A DNA stretch of 64,000 bases from NCBI GenBank assembly GCA_965215005.1, contig CBDCCZ010000004.1, positions 192,001 to 256,000 on the forward strand, written 5' to 3'. Of the stretch, positions 1-9,716 are shown piece by piece (the first letter of the stretch is position 1; each line of letters starts with the position of its first letter). Origin of the DNA: Kofleriaceae bacterium. GTDB taxonomy: Bacteria; Myxococcota_A; Polyangia; Haliangiales; Haliangiaceae. A program made the translations under genes and the position numbers. The notes beneath the pieces were generated by a model. The model ran no database searches. It saw only the letters and a list, made by a program, of their open reading frames with translations, and was not told the origin of the DNA.

Positions 1-51
1 CGGAATCGGCTCGGCATTCGAGCTGCGACTGCCGGCCGTGCACCAACGAGC

Positions 52-1011
52 ATGAGTGAGCGAGTTCCATTTTCGATCCTCACCGGCTTTCTCGGAGCCG
101 GCAAGACCACGACTCTCAACCGGCTGCTTTCCGCGCCGCAGGGGCGGCGCATCGCCGTATTGGTCAACGAGCTCGGACGCATCGCTATCGACTCGAAGCT
201 GATCTTGTCACGGGGCGGCGATGTCTTGGAGCTCGCCGGCGGCTGCGTCTGCTGCAAGGTCGACCTCAAGAACGACCTCTGGGACGGCATCGTCGACATC
301 GTGCGGCGCGCGCAGCCGGATAACGTAGTGCTCGAGACCACTGGAATCGCCGAGCCTGCGGCCATTTTGGCCGGTCTAGATCGTTTGCCCGCCGAGTACC
401 GCCAGCGAATTCGCGAGGCCGGCGTGATTTGCGTGGTCGATGCAGATGCCGGTAGCGAGCAGCTCGATCGCCGCGAGGAGGCCAGGGCGCAGATCGAGCA
501 CGCCGACCGGTTGCTGTTGACCAAGCTCGACATCGCCGGCCCGCAGACCGTCGAGCGGTTGCATCAGCGGCTCGATGCGCTCAATGCGCATGCCGAGCGG
601 GCCAGTTTTCCAGCTGGCGATGACGGCACTGCGGCGCTCACGCCTTGGCTCCTGGAGGTGCGCAGCCGCGGCCGCGCGCATCATCGCGAGCACGTTCACC
701 GCGACGGCCAGCTGGTAGCGGTGAGCCTCATCGCTGATGAGCCGCTGGTGGCGGAGCGGTTGCTCGCGTTGGTCGAGCGGCATCGCGGCCAATTGCTGCG
801 CGTGAAGGGTTTCGTCGAGGTAGCCGGCGAGCGTCGTCGCGGGTTTCTCGAGCTGGCGGGCGCGCGCGTCGAGCTGCGATTTGGTCATCCGTGGGGCCGC
901 GATGAGCGACGCACCGAGTTGGTGATGATCGGCGAGGCGCTCGACGAGCCCGCGCTGCGTCGCCAACTGTGGGCGTGTCGCGCCGGTGGCGAAGAAGGCG
1001 TGCCGTTCTGA
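52..1011 (+). CDS. CobW/COG0523 family G3E GTPase (metallochaperone)
   Basis: Walker A GFLGAGKTT, VLVNE, GGCVCC metal motif, LETTGIAEP, C-terminal LLRVKG...ELVMIG (CobW_C-like). Confidence 0.9.
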   Translation: MSERVPFSILTGFLGAGKTTTLNRLLSAPQGRRIAVLVNELGRIAIDSKLILSRGGDVLELAGGCVCCKVDLKNDLWDGIVDIVRRAQPDNVVLETTGIAEPAAILAGLDRLPAEYRQRIREAGVICVVDADAGSEQLDRREEARAQIEHADRLLLTKLDIAGPQTVERLHQRLDALNAHAERASFPAGDDGTAALTPWLLEVRSRGRAHHREHVHRDGQLVAVSLIADEPLVAERLLALVERHRGQLLRVKGFVEVAGERRRGFLELAGARVELRFGHPWGRDERRTELVMIGEALDEPALRRQLWACRAGGEEGVPF

Positions 1012-1070
1012 GCTGGATGTGGCGCTGCCCCTCGAGGGGCTCGATGCGCTGGCGAGACTGGGCGTGGCGC

Positions 1071-1444
1071 TCAGGTGGGCTGGCTGAGCAGTCGCTCGAC
1101 GTTGTGAACCAGCACCTCGCGGAGGAACGGCTTGATGACGTACTCATCGGCGCCGGATTCCTGGCCTCGCTGGGCATCCTCGACGCTCACGTACGCGGCG
1201 GTCATCATCACCACCGGAATGTGCTTGGTGGCTTCATGCGCCTTGAGCTGCCGGCACACCTCAAACCCGTCCATTTGCGGCAGGTTGAGGTCGAGAATGA
1301 TGACATCGGGCGGCGCTGCCGTGGCGCGCTGCAGCCCTTCGCGGCCATCTCTGGCGCTGTCGACCTGATGACCGCGCGCCTCCATGATCTTGACAACGAC
1401 GCGGACGATATCGGCTCGTCGTCGACGACCAGTATCTTCGCCAT
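1071..1444 (-). CDS. Single-domain response regulator (receiver), split by a 1-bp frameshift near 1413
   Basis: MAKILVVDDEP (ATG 1444) in one frame continues as DIVRVVVKIMEARGH...PDVIILDLNLPQMDG...YVIKPF in another; adding one C restores a full receiver domain. Confidence 0.85.
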
Positions 1445-1499
1445 GCTTTCCCCTTGCGGCTTTGCCTTGGTTTGATTCACGACTCGCGTCGTCAAACCA

Positions 1500-2099
1500 C
1501 TACGCGTCTTTCAAGGACCGCAGGCAGGTTTGCGCGACGCCGCTGTTCCAGTCGCGCTTGTTGACAAAGTAGTGCTGGATGCGGCCCATCTTATCGATGA
1601 CAAAGCTCTCTGGGACTGCCTTGATGCCATAGCTCTGCGCGACGGGGCCGAGGTTCTCACCCTCTTGGGGAGGATCGATCAGGATGTTGAGCGGAGAGCC
1701 ATTCGGAAAGTCCTTGCGAACGTCGCTGAAGTCAGGGTCGGAGGCGATGGCAAGCACCACGAAGTCGTCATCTTGCAGCTTCTTGGCCATCGTTTCCATG
1801 CTCGGCTTCTCCGCCTTGCAGACGGTGCACCAGCTGGCCCAGAAATTCAGAAACACCACTTTGCCGCGGAAGTCGGAGAGGTGGACCTTGTTGCCATTGT
1901 GGTCATAAACCTCGAAGTCCGGCGCGACAGCAGGTAGCGAGCCAATCGCCGGATTTTCGGGCGTTGGCTGCAGCCCACGACACGCTGCAACGACTTCTCG
2001 GGCCGCGGCGGGCTGGATCAGACGCAAATACTGCACGGCCAGAAGACCGCAAAGTCCCGTCACTACGACGATAGCGAGGAGTTTTTTGGTGGAGATCAT
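1500..2099 (-). CDS. TlpA/ResA-family thiol-disulfide oxidoreductase with N-terminal membrane anchor
   Basis: LSDFRGKVVFLNFWASWCTVC (CxxC), cis-Pro VPESFVID. Confidence 0.9.
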   Translation of the reverse strand: MISTKKLLAIVVVTGLCGLLAVQYLRLIQPAAAREVVAACRGLQPTPENPAIGSLPAVAPDFEVYDHNGNKVHLSDFRGKVVFLNFWASWCTVCKAEKPSMETMAKKLQDDDFVVLAIASDPDFSDVRKDFPNGSPLNILIDPPQEGENLGPVAQSYGIKAVPESFVIDKMGRIQHYFVNKRDWNSGVAQTCLRSLKDA

Positions 2100-2167
2100 G
2101 GCGGCGCGATCCTTGAAAGCCGGCGAAGGGTCGAGCTTAGCGCATCATCCGTTATGCTTCCACGCTC

Positions 2168-3001
2168 ATGTCCCTCCGCGGATCCTTGCAAACTATGGGG
2201 GTCGATGACCTCCTGGACTGGATCGATCGCCGCATGGTGTCGGGGCAGCTCACGCTTGGTCGCCCCGCAGTTACCCGAACCTTCAGCATCGATGCCGGCT
2301 ATCTCACCGGCGCAGGCTCGAGCGCACCCCGCGAGCACCTGGGACATCTCTTGATTCGCCGCGGTCACCTCGATGACCAGGCCGTGGACCGCGCGCGCGC
2401 AGTCCAGGCGAAGACGGGGGTACTGCTTGGACGGGTGCTGCTCGACAGCGGCGCGGTCACCGAGGCGGTACTGCGCCGGGTTCTGGAGGAGAAGATCGCC
2501 GGAGCCGTCTTCGACGCGCTGTCGTGGACCGAAGGCAGTTTTCAGCTCGACCGCGTAACGCCGGTGCCGACCACGGGCTACGAAATCGCCGTGCATCTGC
2601 GCGCCGTGCTCGACGAAGGATTGCGCAGGCGTGCAGCGCGCGCGGCGGCAACGCCGGCTATCACGGATGACGGTGGTCGCACGCAGGCGTTCGAGCGCGC
2701 CCGGCAGGCGTGGGCAGTCGCACCCGACGATGCTGCGGCGCGCGCCGCATTCGACGCCGCTGAGCGCGCGCTGATGGCGCAACTGTCGCGGGACCTGCTA
2801 ACAGAGTTTCGGGTGCCAAGATTACTCAAGAGCCCTGCCGAGCTCGAGGCGCTCGAGCTATCGGAATCCGAGCGCTACCTGGTGAGCCGCGTCGACGGGC
2901 GCTGGGATTTGTTATCGCTAATCCGAGTGGTTCCCTTGCGCGCGCCGGAGACGCTCATCACCTTCAAACGTTTGGCCGATCGCGGCATCCTCTCTCTCTG
3001 A
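2168..3001 (+). CDS. DUF4388 (PatA N-terminal-like) domain protein
   Basis: MSLRGSL...DLLDWI...SGQLTL, LGHLLI / LGRVLL repeats, WTEGSFQL. Confidence 0.75.
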   Translation: MSLRGSLQTMGVDDLLDWIDRRMVSGQLTLGRPAVTRTFSIDAGYLTGAGSSAPREHLGHLLIRRGHLDDQAVDRARAVQAKTGVLLGRVLLDSGAVTEAVLRRVLEEKIAGAVFDALSWTEGSFQLDRVTPVPTTGYEIAVHLRAVLDEGLRRRAARAAATPAITDDGGRTQAFERARQAWAVAPDDAAARAAFDAAERALMAQLSRDLLTEFRVPRLLKSPAELEALELSESERYLVSRVDGRWDLLSLIRVVPLRAPETLITFKRLADRGILSL

Positions 3002-3015
3002 AGCGAGACCTCATC

Positions 3016-3804
3016 GTGGACCAGTTCGATACCCGCAGCGCCTCCCTCGAGAGATTCCGTCTCTTGCCACGCAGCGGCATCGGCGTCGACGGTACGTGCC
3101 TCATCATCGCTCCGCCTGGCAATCCGGTAATTCGGCTGGACGCGCGTTTGCTCGACCGCGTGGATCTGATTGGTCAGTCGCCGGTGAGCGCGCTGGCGGT
3201 CTCAGGATTGGCGGTTGCGGGCGCGGTCGCTGGGCTGTTATCGCTGATCCCCGGCGGCTTTTTCACCGGCGCCGGCCTCGGCTATCTTGCTTATGAACGG
3301 CTCAGCGAAGCGCGCCAACGGCATCTATCCCGCGATCTGCTGCTGGTGCTCGGTGAGCTCGAGGTCGCACTTCATGTCGCGGATGGACCGGCGGCGGCCA
3401 AGCGCATCTCCGAGGAGCTCTCGCCGTACACCCGCGAGGCACCCATCACGCGCGCCGATGTATATCAGGACGCGCGTAGACGGCTCGAGGCGCAGTCGCA
3501 AGGGCGCAGCCTCGAAGCGGCGCGCAAGGAGCTCGAGCGTGGACTATTGGTCGGCTCCGACGTCGTTCACGTCGCTGGCGAGTTTCTGCAGGTCGGCTCC
3601 GTCGCGTTTCGCATCGATGAGGTGCAAGAGTACGCGCACCGGGGCGCCAACTTGCCGCTTCCAGGGGGGCGATTGCTGCAAGCGGCAGTAGGGCTTCTGG
3701 TCGTGGCGGCGCAAGAACGCGCTCGCTCCGGTGAGGACACCGCGGCGTTATCCGCTCGCATCGCGGCTTACGAAGCGTGGTCGGGACAGCTGGCGGGGCG
3801 ATAA
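3016..3804 (+). CDS. Hypothetical membrane protein
   Basis: 262-aa ORF 14 bp after the upstream gene, central hydrophobic hairpin; no family recognised. Confidence 0.65.
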   Translation: MDQFDTRSASLERFRLLPRSGIGVDGTCLIIAPPGNPVIRLDARLLDRVDLIGQSPVSALAVSGLAVAGAVAGLLSLIPGGFFTGAGLGYLAYERLSEARQRHLSRDLLLVLGELEVALHVADGPAAAKRISEELSPYTREAPITRADVYQDARRRLEAQSQGRSLEAARKELERGLLVGSDVVHVAGEFLQVGSVAFRIDEVQEYAHRGANLPLPGGRLLQAAVGLLVVAAQERARSGEDTAALSARIAAYEAWSGQLAGR

Positions 3805-3899
3805 GCGCGCGGTTGCCGCAGCGGCAGCCGTAGAGCGGCGCAAGCGAGCCGACCCGCGCAAGGCGAGCGGGGCAATCCGCGAGACCGACGACCTGGCGA

Positions 3900-3923
3900 C
3901 GTCGTCTCGGGATGGAGACGACG
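3900..3923. terminator. Stem-loop between convergent genes (possible terminator)
   Basis: cgtcgtctc-gggatg-gagacgacg inverted repeat; no U-tract. Confidence 0.35.
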
Positions 3924-3947
3924 GCAGGCGTAGGCAGCGCTACTGCG

Positions 3948-4388
3948 TTACTCGGCAGGCTCTTCGGCGGCCGGGATCTCGGCAGGCTCTTCGGCGGCCG
4001 GCATCTCGGCGGCGGGCTCGGTCGGCGGCGGCACCACGGCGGGTGCGTCTTGACGCGACTCGTTGATCAACTTCTCGCAGGTGGCCATGTCCTCTTCGGA
4101 CTTGGCGGTCGCAGCGCACGTGATTGCTTCCTGCGACCAATTCTTCTCTTTGCACTCTTTGACGGCCTCTTTCTCGGCCTCGGCGAGCATGGGCTCGGCC
4201 ATCTTCTTCATCTCTTCGGGCACGTCCTTGCCGGCGAGCTCTTTCTTGGCGAGCTCGATGAGGTTCTTGCCGACGTCTTCGCACGTAGCCTCGCTGCTAC
4301 CGTCTTTCTTGCAGCCGGCGACGGCTGTGGTGGAAAGCAGGGCGGCGATGAGGAAGATTGAAACTCTGTTGAACACGGAAACCTCCAT
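3948..4388 (-). CDS. Hypothetical lipoprotein with acidic Pro/Ala/Glu C-terminal repeats
   Basis: Lipobox VAGC, Cys-containing helical core, PAAEEPAE x2 encoded by a ~27-bp direct repeat at ~3951-4010. Confidence 0.75.
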   Translation of the reverse strand: MEVSVFNRVSIFLIAALLSTTAVAGCKKDGSSEATCEDVGKNLIELAKKELAGKDVPEEMKKMAEPMLAEAEKEAVKECKEKNWSQEAITCAATAKSEEDMATCEKLINESRQDAPAVVPPPTEPAAEMPAAEEPAEIPAAEEPAE

Positions 4389-4588
4389 CGAGTGGAATCG
4401 AGGGTCGAGTTAACCGCAATCACGCCACCTTTGCTAGCGGCGCTCGGTGAATTTGCCGGTTGCTGGCCACGGCAACCTCGGCTGCTGGCGGCGTCCGCGC
4501 TCGTTTCCTCGGGCATCGGAAGCGCGTATGGTGCCGCCTGCGCGCATGAGGCGGCGGTGACATCCGCGTGTAAACCTCGCGCAGGCCC

Positions 4589-6838
4589 ATGACCGAGACC
4601 CCGCAGAACCGCACGCCACTGGCGCTCCACGCCGCAGCGATGGCGGTGGTAGTCACGCTGTTCTATGCGGCGATCATTGCCCGCGGTGAGACGTTGGCGA
4701 GCGGCGACAGGCTCACCCGTACCCTCGCCGCATTTGCGCACGTCGGTGACGCTGCTGCCGCTGGCCGCATCGCAGAGTGGTGGAGCAGCGTGTCGCTAGG
4801 CATCCCGTTTGCGGCCGACATGGCGCACGCGGCGTGGTATCCGCTCGCCTGGTTGGCCGCGCTGCTGCCAGCACCGATTGGCCTCGATGTCTTTGCCCTG
4901 CTGCACGTGTGGCTCGCCGCGGTTGGTGTGAGCGTTTTGTCCCAACAGCTTGGCGCCGATATCCGCGGCGCAATCACCGCCGGCGGTGCCGCAGTGCTCG
5001 CTGCGCCGATGGTCGGGCTTGCGGCTAGCGGCTTGACGATCGCCTCGCTTGCGTGGCTGCCGTGGATCGCCTGCGCCGCTGCGCGTTTGGCCGTCGCCCA
5101 ACCGGGCTGGCAGCGCCTCGACCGGCTCCTGCTCTTGGCAGCCGCGCATGCGGTGCAGCTCTACGCTGGTGCGTGGACGTTCGTCGCTCCAGCGGTGTCG
5201 CTCTCGCTCGTGGTCGTGGTCTACAGCCGCTCGCCGATCGAGTCGCTGCGGCGGATGACGGCGTGGCTAGTGGCGATGGTTCTGGCGACTCTCGCGGCAG
5301 CTCCGGTTTGGATCGCGGCGTGGGCCATGGCCCGCCCGCTTGCGGAGCCGCCCCGTGGCTTTGCCGGCTGGTCTGCCGTGGTGTTGCCGGTGTCGTCGAG
5401 CCAGCTCGTGGGATTGCACGTGGGGCTAGCGGTGCTGCTGTTGACCGCGCTCGCCCTCGCCAAGAGCGGCACGGCGCGGCGGTGGTGGGCAGTGGTGGTG
5501 GTGCTAGCGGCTGTCGCTGCGCTGGTGCCGCCAGCGTGGCTGGTGCAAGCGATGCCGGGCGAGCGGCAGGTCGATCCGCAAACGGTTTGGCTCGCCTCGG
5601 CGCTGCTCATTTGCATTGCGCTGGCGGGCACTGGGCTCACGTGCGGAGCGCTGGGACTTTCGCGCCGCTGGACGTGGATGGGCGCTGCAGCGCTGCTGGT
5701 CGCGATTGCGGCCAGCGTGTGGCAGGGGGAATTTGCACTGCCAGCTCACGTGCTCGTGGCGATCGGTTTCTCGCTCGGCGGCGCGGCGCTCATGTGGACC
5801 TGTCTTGCCTGCGCGCGCCGGTCGTCCCGCCGCTCCTGGGCCGTGCCGCTAGCGGCGGCTTCGCTGGTGGTATCGCTGTGGCCGGCGGCGACCCAGTGGC
5901 GGCGCACGGTGGGGCGGCAGCTCATCGCGCAGCCGCCGCAGGTGCTCGACACGATCGCACGCGCTGCCGCCGCACGCGCTGCCGCGCGCCCGCGGGTGCA
6001 TCGTCCCGCCCGGCTGCCCGGCGACGCGGCCTCGCCCGAGCCCACCGATGGGCCCAATGATGAGCTCGATGACGAGGCCGAAATCCTGGCCTCATGGGTT
6101 CGCCATCGACACAATGCATTGGCAGAAGTCAGTGCCACTCGCTTTGGCGTTGACTACTTTACCGGTGCCGACGGCGAGCTCGCTGCGTTGGTGCGTGACG
6201 CGGCGGTCTCGGTGGAGCGGGTGCTGGATCTCTTCGCGGTCGATTACGTGCTCGTTCCAGCGAGCGTGGCGCTGCCGGGGGGGCGGCCGGTGGTTGGCCG
6301 AACTCCTGATGACGAGCTGGTGTTGGTTGAAAACGAGCTGCGCCGGCCGCGCGCGTTCGTCACCTCGCGCTGGCGCGGACATGCGAGCGTGGCGAGTGCG
6401 CGGCGGGCGCTGCTGGGTGCTGGCGCGGTTGCGGCTCCGCTCCGTCTCAGCGAGATCCAACTCGAGCTAGGCCGCGAGGGCGAGGCGTTGACACCGCCAG
6501 CGACGCCCGCGCCCCTGCAGGCCTGTGCGGTCGAGGAGCCCACGGATGAGCGCGTGGTGCTCCGCTGCCATGCCGCCGCCGCGGGCTACGTCGTGCTCCT
6601 CGATGCCTTTGCGCCGGGGTGGAGCGCGCTCGTCGACGGCATTCCAACCCCGATTACCCGCGCCGAGACGTTGGCGCGCGCGGTGAAAGTCGGTGCGGGC
6701 GAGCATGTCATTGAGATGCGCTACCGCCTCCCGGGCGTGCGACTCGGCGCGGCGGTGGCGCTTCTAGCGTGGCTCAACCTGATCGCGTTAGGCGCACTGG
6801 CGCGATGGCGCCAACGTGCCGCTTTCGCCTCCGCCTGA
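4589..6838 (+). CDS. YfhO-like multi-pass membrane protein (putative GT-C glycosyltransferase)
   Basis: Many TM segments; C-terminal GYVVLLDAFAPGWSALVDG...RAVKVGAGEHVIEMRY typical of YfhO. Confidence 0.75.
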   Translation: MTETPQNRTPLALHAAAMAVVVTLFYAAIIARGETLASGDRLTRTLAAFAHVGDAAAAGRIAEWWSSVSLGIPFAADMAHAAWYPLAWLAALLPAPIGLDVFALLHVWLAAVGVSVLSQQLGADIRGAITAGGAAVLAAPMVGLAASGLTIASLAWLPWIACAAARLAVAQPGWQRLDRLLLLAAAHAVQLYAGAWTFVAPAVSLSLVVVVYSRSPIESLRRMTAWLVAMVLATLAAAPVWIAAWAMARPLAEPPRGFAGWSAVVLPVSSSQLVGLHVGLAVLLLTALALAKSGTARRWWAVVVVLAAVAALVPPAWLVQAMPGERQVDPQTVWLASALLICIALAGTGLTCGALGLSRRWTWMGAAALLVAIAASVWQGEFALPAHVLVAIGFSLGGAALMWTCLACARRSSRRSWAVPLAAASLVVSLWPAATQWRRTVGRQLIAQPPQVLDTIARAAAARAAARPRVHRPARLPGDAASPEPTDGPNDELDDEAEILASWVRHRHNALAEVSATRFGVDYFTGADGELAALVRDAAVSVERVLDLFAVDYVLVPASVALPGGRPVVGRTPDDELVLVENELRRPRAFVTSRWRGHASVASARRALLGAGAVAAPLRLSEIQLELGREGEALTPPATPAPLQACAVEEPTDERVVLRCHAAAAGYVVLLDAFAPGWSALVDGIPTPITRAETLARAVKVGAGEHVIEMRYRLPGVRLGAAVALLAWLNLIALGALARWRQRAAFASA

Positions 6839-6858
6839 GAGGTCGAGAGGCAATCGCG

Positions 6859-7689
6859 TTACGGCACCAGCGCCGTGCCGCACGTGCCGGGCGCTTCGAG
6901 CTCAGCAAGCAGTTGACCGGCGCCAATGCCACCAACGATGTGCACGGCGCCGACCTCGCCGCTCTCGAGCACTCGAATCGACTCCTCGAGCTTGGGAATC
7001 ATGCCTCCTTGCACGGTTCCGTCGGCGATGGCCGCGCGCGCGTCAGCGGCAGTCATGCGCGGGATGCGACTCTGCGGATCATCCTTGTCGCGCAGCACGC
7101 CCGGTGCGCCGGTGACCAGCACCAAATGCGCCGCGTGAAGCACCTTGGCTGCTTGATTGGCAACGATGTCGGCGTTGATGTTGAGGATGTTGCCGTGCTC
7201 ATCGCCGGCCAAGCACGCCAGCACCGGCACGTAGCCGTTGCCGAGCAGTAGCTCGAGGAGCTCGACGTTAAAGCCAGTGACGTCACCGACGTGGCCAAAG
7301 TCGATGGGCTCCGGTCCGCCGCCAGCAACCACGCGCGGCGGCCGCTTGCTGCCGGCGATGACCCGCGCGCTGCCGCCATGCAGCCCAACGGGCCGGCAGC
7401 CGGTTGCCAACAGCGCGGCGCACAGGTCGATGTTGACCTTGCCACCGACCATCATCTTCATGACGTCGAGAGTATCGGCATCGGTGATGCGACGGCCGGC
7501 GACGACGTTGGGCTGCTGGCCGAGCTGTTTTTGCAGCGCGGTGGCCTGCGGCCCGCCGCCGTGAATCAGAAGTACCCGGGCTCCGCGTTGCGTCGCGGTG
7601 GCAACATCGGCGGCAACCGCGGCAAGCACGGGGCTGGTGAGAATGTCGCCGCCGACTTTAATGATAGTAAGCGCCGCGTTCGAGCTCAC
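6859..7689 (-). CDS. argB: Acetylglutamate kinase
   Basis: IIKVGG, IHGGGPQ, GRRITD, NINAD, GGMIPKL motifs; follows argC. Confidence 0.93.
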   Translation of the reverse strand: MSSNAALTIIKVGGDILTSPVLAAVAADVATATQRGARVLLIHGGGPQATALQKQLGQQPNVVAGRRITDADTLDVMKMMVGGKVNIDLCAALLATGCRPVGLHGGSARVIAGSKRPPRVVAGGGPEPIDFGHVGDVTGFNVELLELLLGNGYVPVLACLAGDEHGNILNINADIVANQAAKVLHAAHLVLVTGAPGVLRDKDDPQSRIPRMTAADARAAIADGTVQGGMIPKLEESIRVLESGEVGAVHIVGGIGAGQLLAELEAPGTCGTALVP

Positions 7690-8749
7690 GGCCAGCTCCC
7701 AGCGTCGCGAAGGGAGGCGGTCTCGTCGAGGCCAAGGACCAGGTTCATGTTCTGGATGGCCTGGCCGGCGCCGCCTTTAATCAGATTGTCGAGCGCCGAG
7801 AAACAGGCGACGGTGCGGCGGGCCGCGAGCTGCCGCGCCGAGCGCGAAGCCGACCTCGACATAGTTCGAGCCGGCGACCGCGGCGACCTGCGGGAGTCGG
7901 TGTTTGGGCCTGCGCACGAACGGCTCATCGGCGAAGGCGGCATCGTACAACGCAGCTAGTTGCAGCTCATCGACGGTGGCGTCGACCTCGATGAAGGCGG
8001 TGGCGAAGATGCCGCGCACCAGCGGCGCCGACACCGGAACGAAACGGACCTCGACGTCCTGCGCGCCCGCCGCGGTTAGCGTCTCGAGAATCTCGGGCAG
8101 ATGTTGATGCGTGAGCGGCTTGTAGGTGCTCAAGTTGCCGGCGCGTACCGGGTGATGCGGTGCCGGGCTTGGGCGCCGCACCCGAGCCGGAGGATCCGGT
8201 GATGGCGTTGACGTGCACCGTGGTGCCGCTGAGTAGGCCGCCTTTCGCGAGCGGCAACAGGCCAAGCTCGATGGTCGTGGCAAAGCAGCCGGGCGAGGCC
8301 ACGTACTGCGCTTCTCGAATGGCGACCCGGTTGAGCTCCGGCAACCCGTACACGAAGCGCTCCATGAGCTCGGGGCATGGGTGCTTGGTCTCGTAAGAGC
8401 GCTCGTACGAGGCAACATCGCGGAGGCGAAAGTCGCCGGACATGTCGACGACCTTGATACCGAGCTCGACCAGCTCGGGCACTTTGGCAGCCGTCACCTT
8501 GTGAGGGAGCGCGAGCAGCGCGATGTCGCAGTCCTGGGCGGCGACTCGTGGCGGTACGTCTTCGAAGCGCAACTCGGTGAGGTCGGTGAGGTTTGGGTGG
8601 GCTGCCCAAAGCGGCTCACCGACAAAGTCGATGGAGGCGACTCGAGCGACCTCGACGTCGGGATGAATCAATAGGCGGCGCAGCATCTCACCAGCGCCGT
8701 AACCGCTGCCGCCGATGATCGCGGCGCGCTTCTTGGGAGAAGAGCTCAT
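7686..8749 (-). CDS. argC: N-acetyl-gamma-glutamyl-phosphate reductase, interrupted by two +1 frameshifts (~8160, ~7821)
   Basis: [33 protein letters not shown] in frame 1; HQHLPEI...PLVRGIF in frame 2; [17 protein letters not shown] in frame 3. Confidence 0.92.
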
Positions 8750-8984
8750 GGGCTCTTGTACCGAAGTCCGGCGCCAGGGGCGAGCGCTGCTCGTGCCGAT
8801 TGCAGCCTGTGGCTTCGGGTCTGGGCGGCGGGCGAGGACGTCGGCGGAAGTCCAGCGAGACGCGGGCGGCGAGGCGTGCACGATCAAGTCGTGGTCCTCG
8901 GACGCTCGCGAAGCCGCTGCCGCCTACGAGGAATACCGCAGGAGGCGGCAGCGGATCGTCAGAGGCCGCGCCTGCGTCGGCGCT

Positions 8985-9215
8985 TCATTCGGCGCGAATT
9001 TTCTCTTTGAGGGTCGAGAAGCCGATGTCGAGGCGCTTGGCAGCGCGCTGCCGGTCCTCGTCCGAGCGTCGAATGATGAACTCGACGTAGGCGCGTTCGA
9101 ACTCGCGGCGAGCGCGGCGCAGCGTCCACGGCCGCTTGGCGTTGCTCAGCGTGTTCACAAGGGCTTCGACTTCGGTTTTGAACTGCGAATCGTGGGTCTT
9201 CGTCTGGCGCGGCAT
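8985..9215 (-). CDS. Small stand-alone Fis-type HTH DNA-binding protein
   Basis: TLRRARREFERAYV...QRAAKRLDIGFSTLKEK resembles the HTH_8 tail of NtrC/Fis; GGAGG RBS before ATG 9215. Confidence 0.75.
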   Translation of the reverse strand: MPRQTKTHDSQFKTEVEALVNTLSNAKRPWTLRRARREFERAYVEFIIRRSDEDRQRAAKRLDIGFSTLKEKIRAE

Positions 9216-9716
9216 GACCACCTCCGGTTCTTAACTCTCTCTGGAATTAGCAATCTAGGCAACGATTATCTGGCTGGTAGAAGAAAAACCAGCCTCGTGG
9301 TTGGCAGCGAAAAACTGGCTTCGACCGCGATCTGTCGGCGAACGAAGGCGGCATGACGGCGTGCTGCTCGCCGCCGTCTCGCGGCGAGCTTTGTAGGTCA
9401 ACCTATCGACTTACTTGGGGTTCTTAGCGTGTGCAGAATGCTGTCTAGGGACGGTCGCGCGGCCGCCACCGAAGGAACCCGAGGTGCTCGGCGGTGACGA
9501 GTGGTCCGATGGCTGAGATTTCGGCGTTCGGCGCCGGCCGGTTTCCTGGCTATCACCTCGAGGAAACAACTGTAAGGCCTATCGCAGCAGATACTGCAAG
9601 GCGCCTACGTTACGCGCGCAATTGTAGGCCGCACCGCAACACGCGCTGCTGCTCGCCGATTCTGCTTCGAGAGCTGGAAGAGCCGCGTTCGGCGGCGCCG
9701 CCCGTGCTTCGGGCTT

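Noticed and set aside
8715..9356. 213-aa plus-strand ORF upstream of argC
   Set aside because: No motifs; overlaps the better-supported Fis-like gene and the argC start on the opposite strand.
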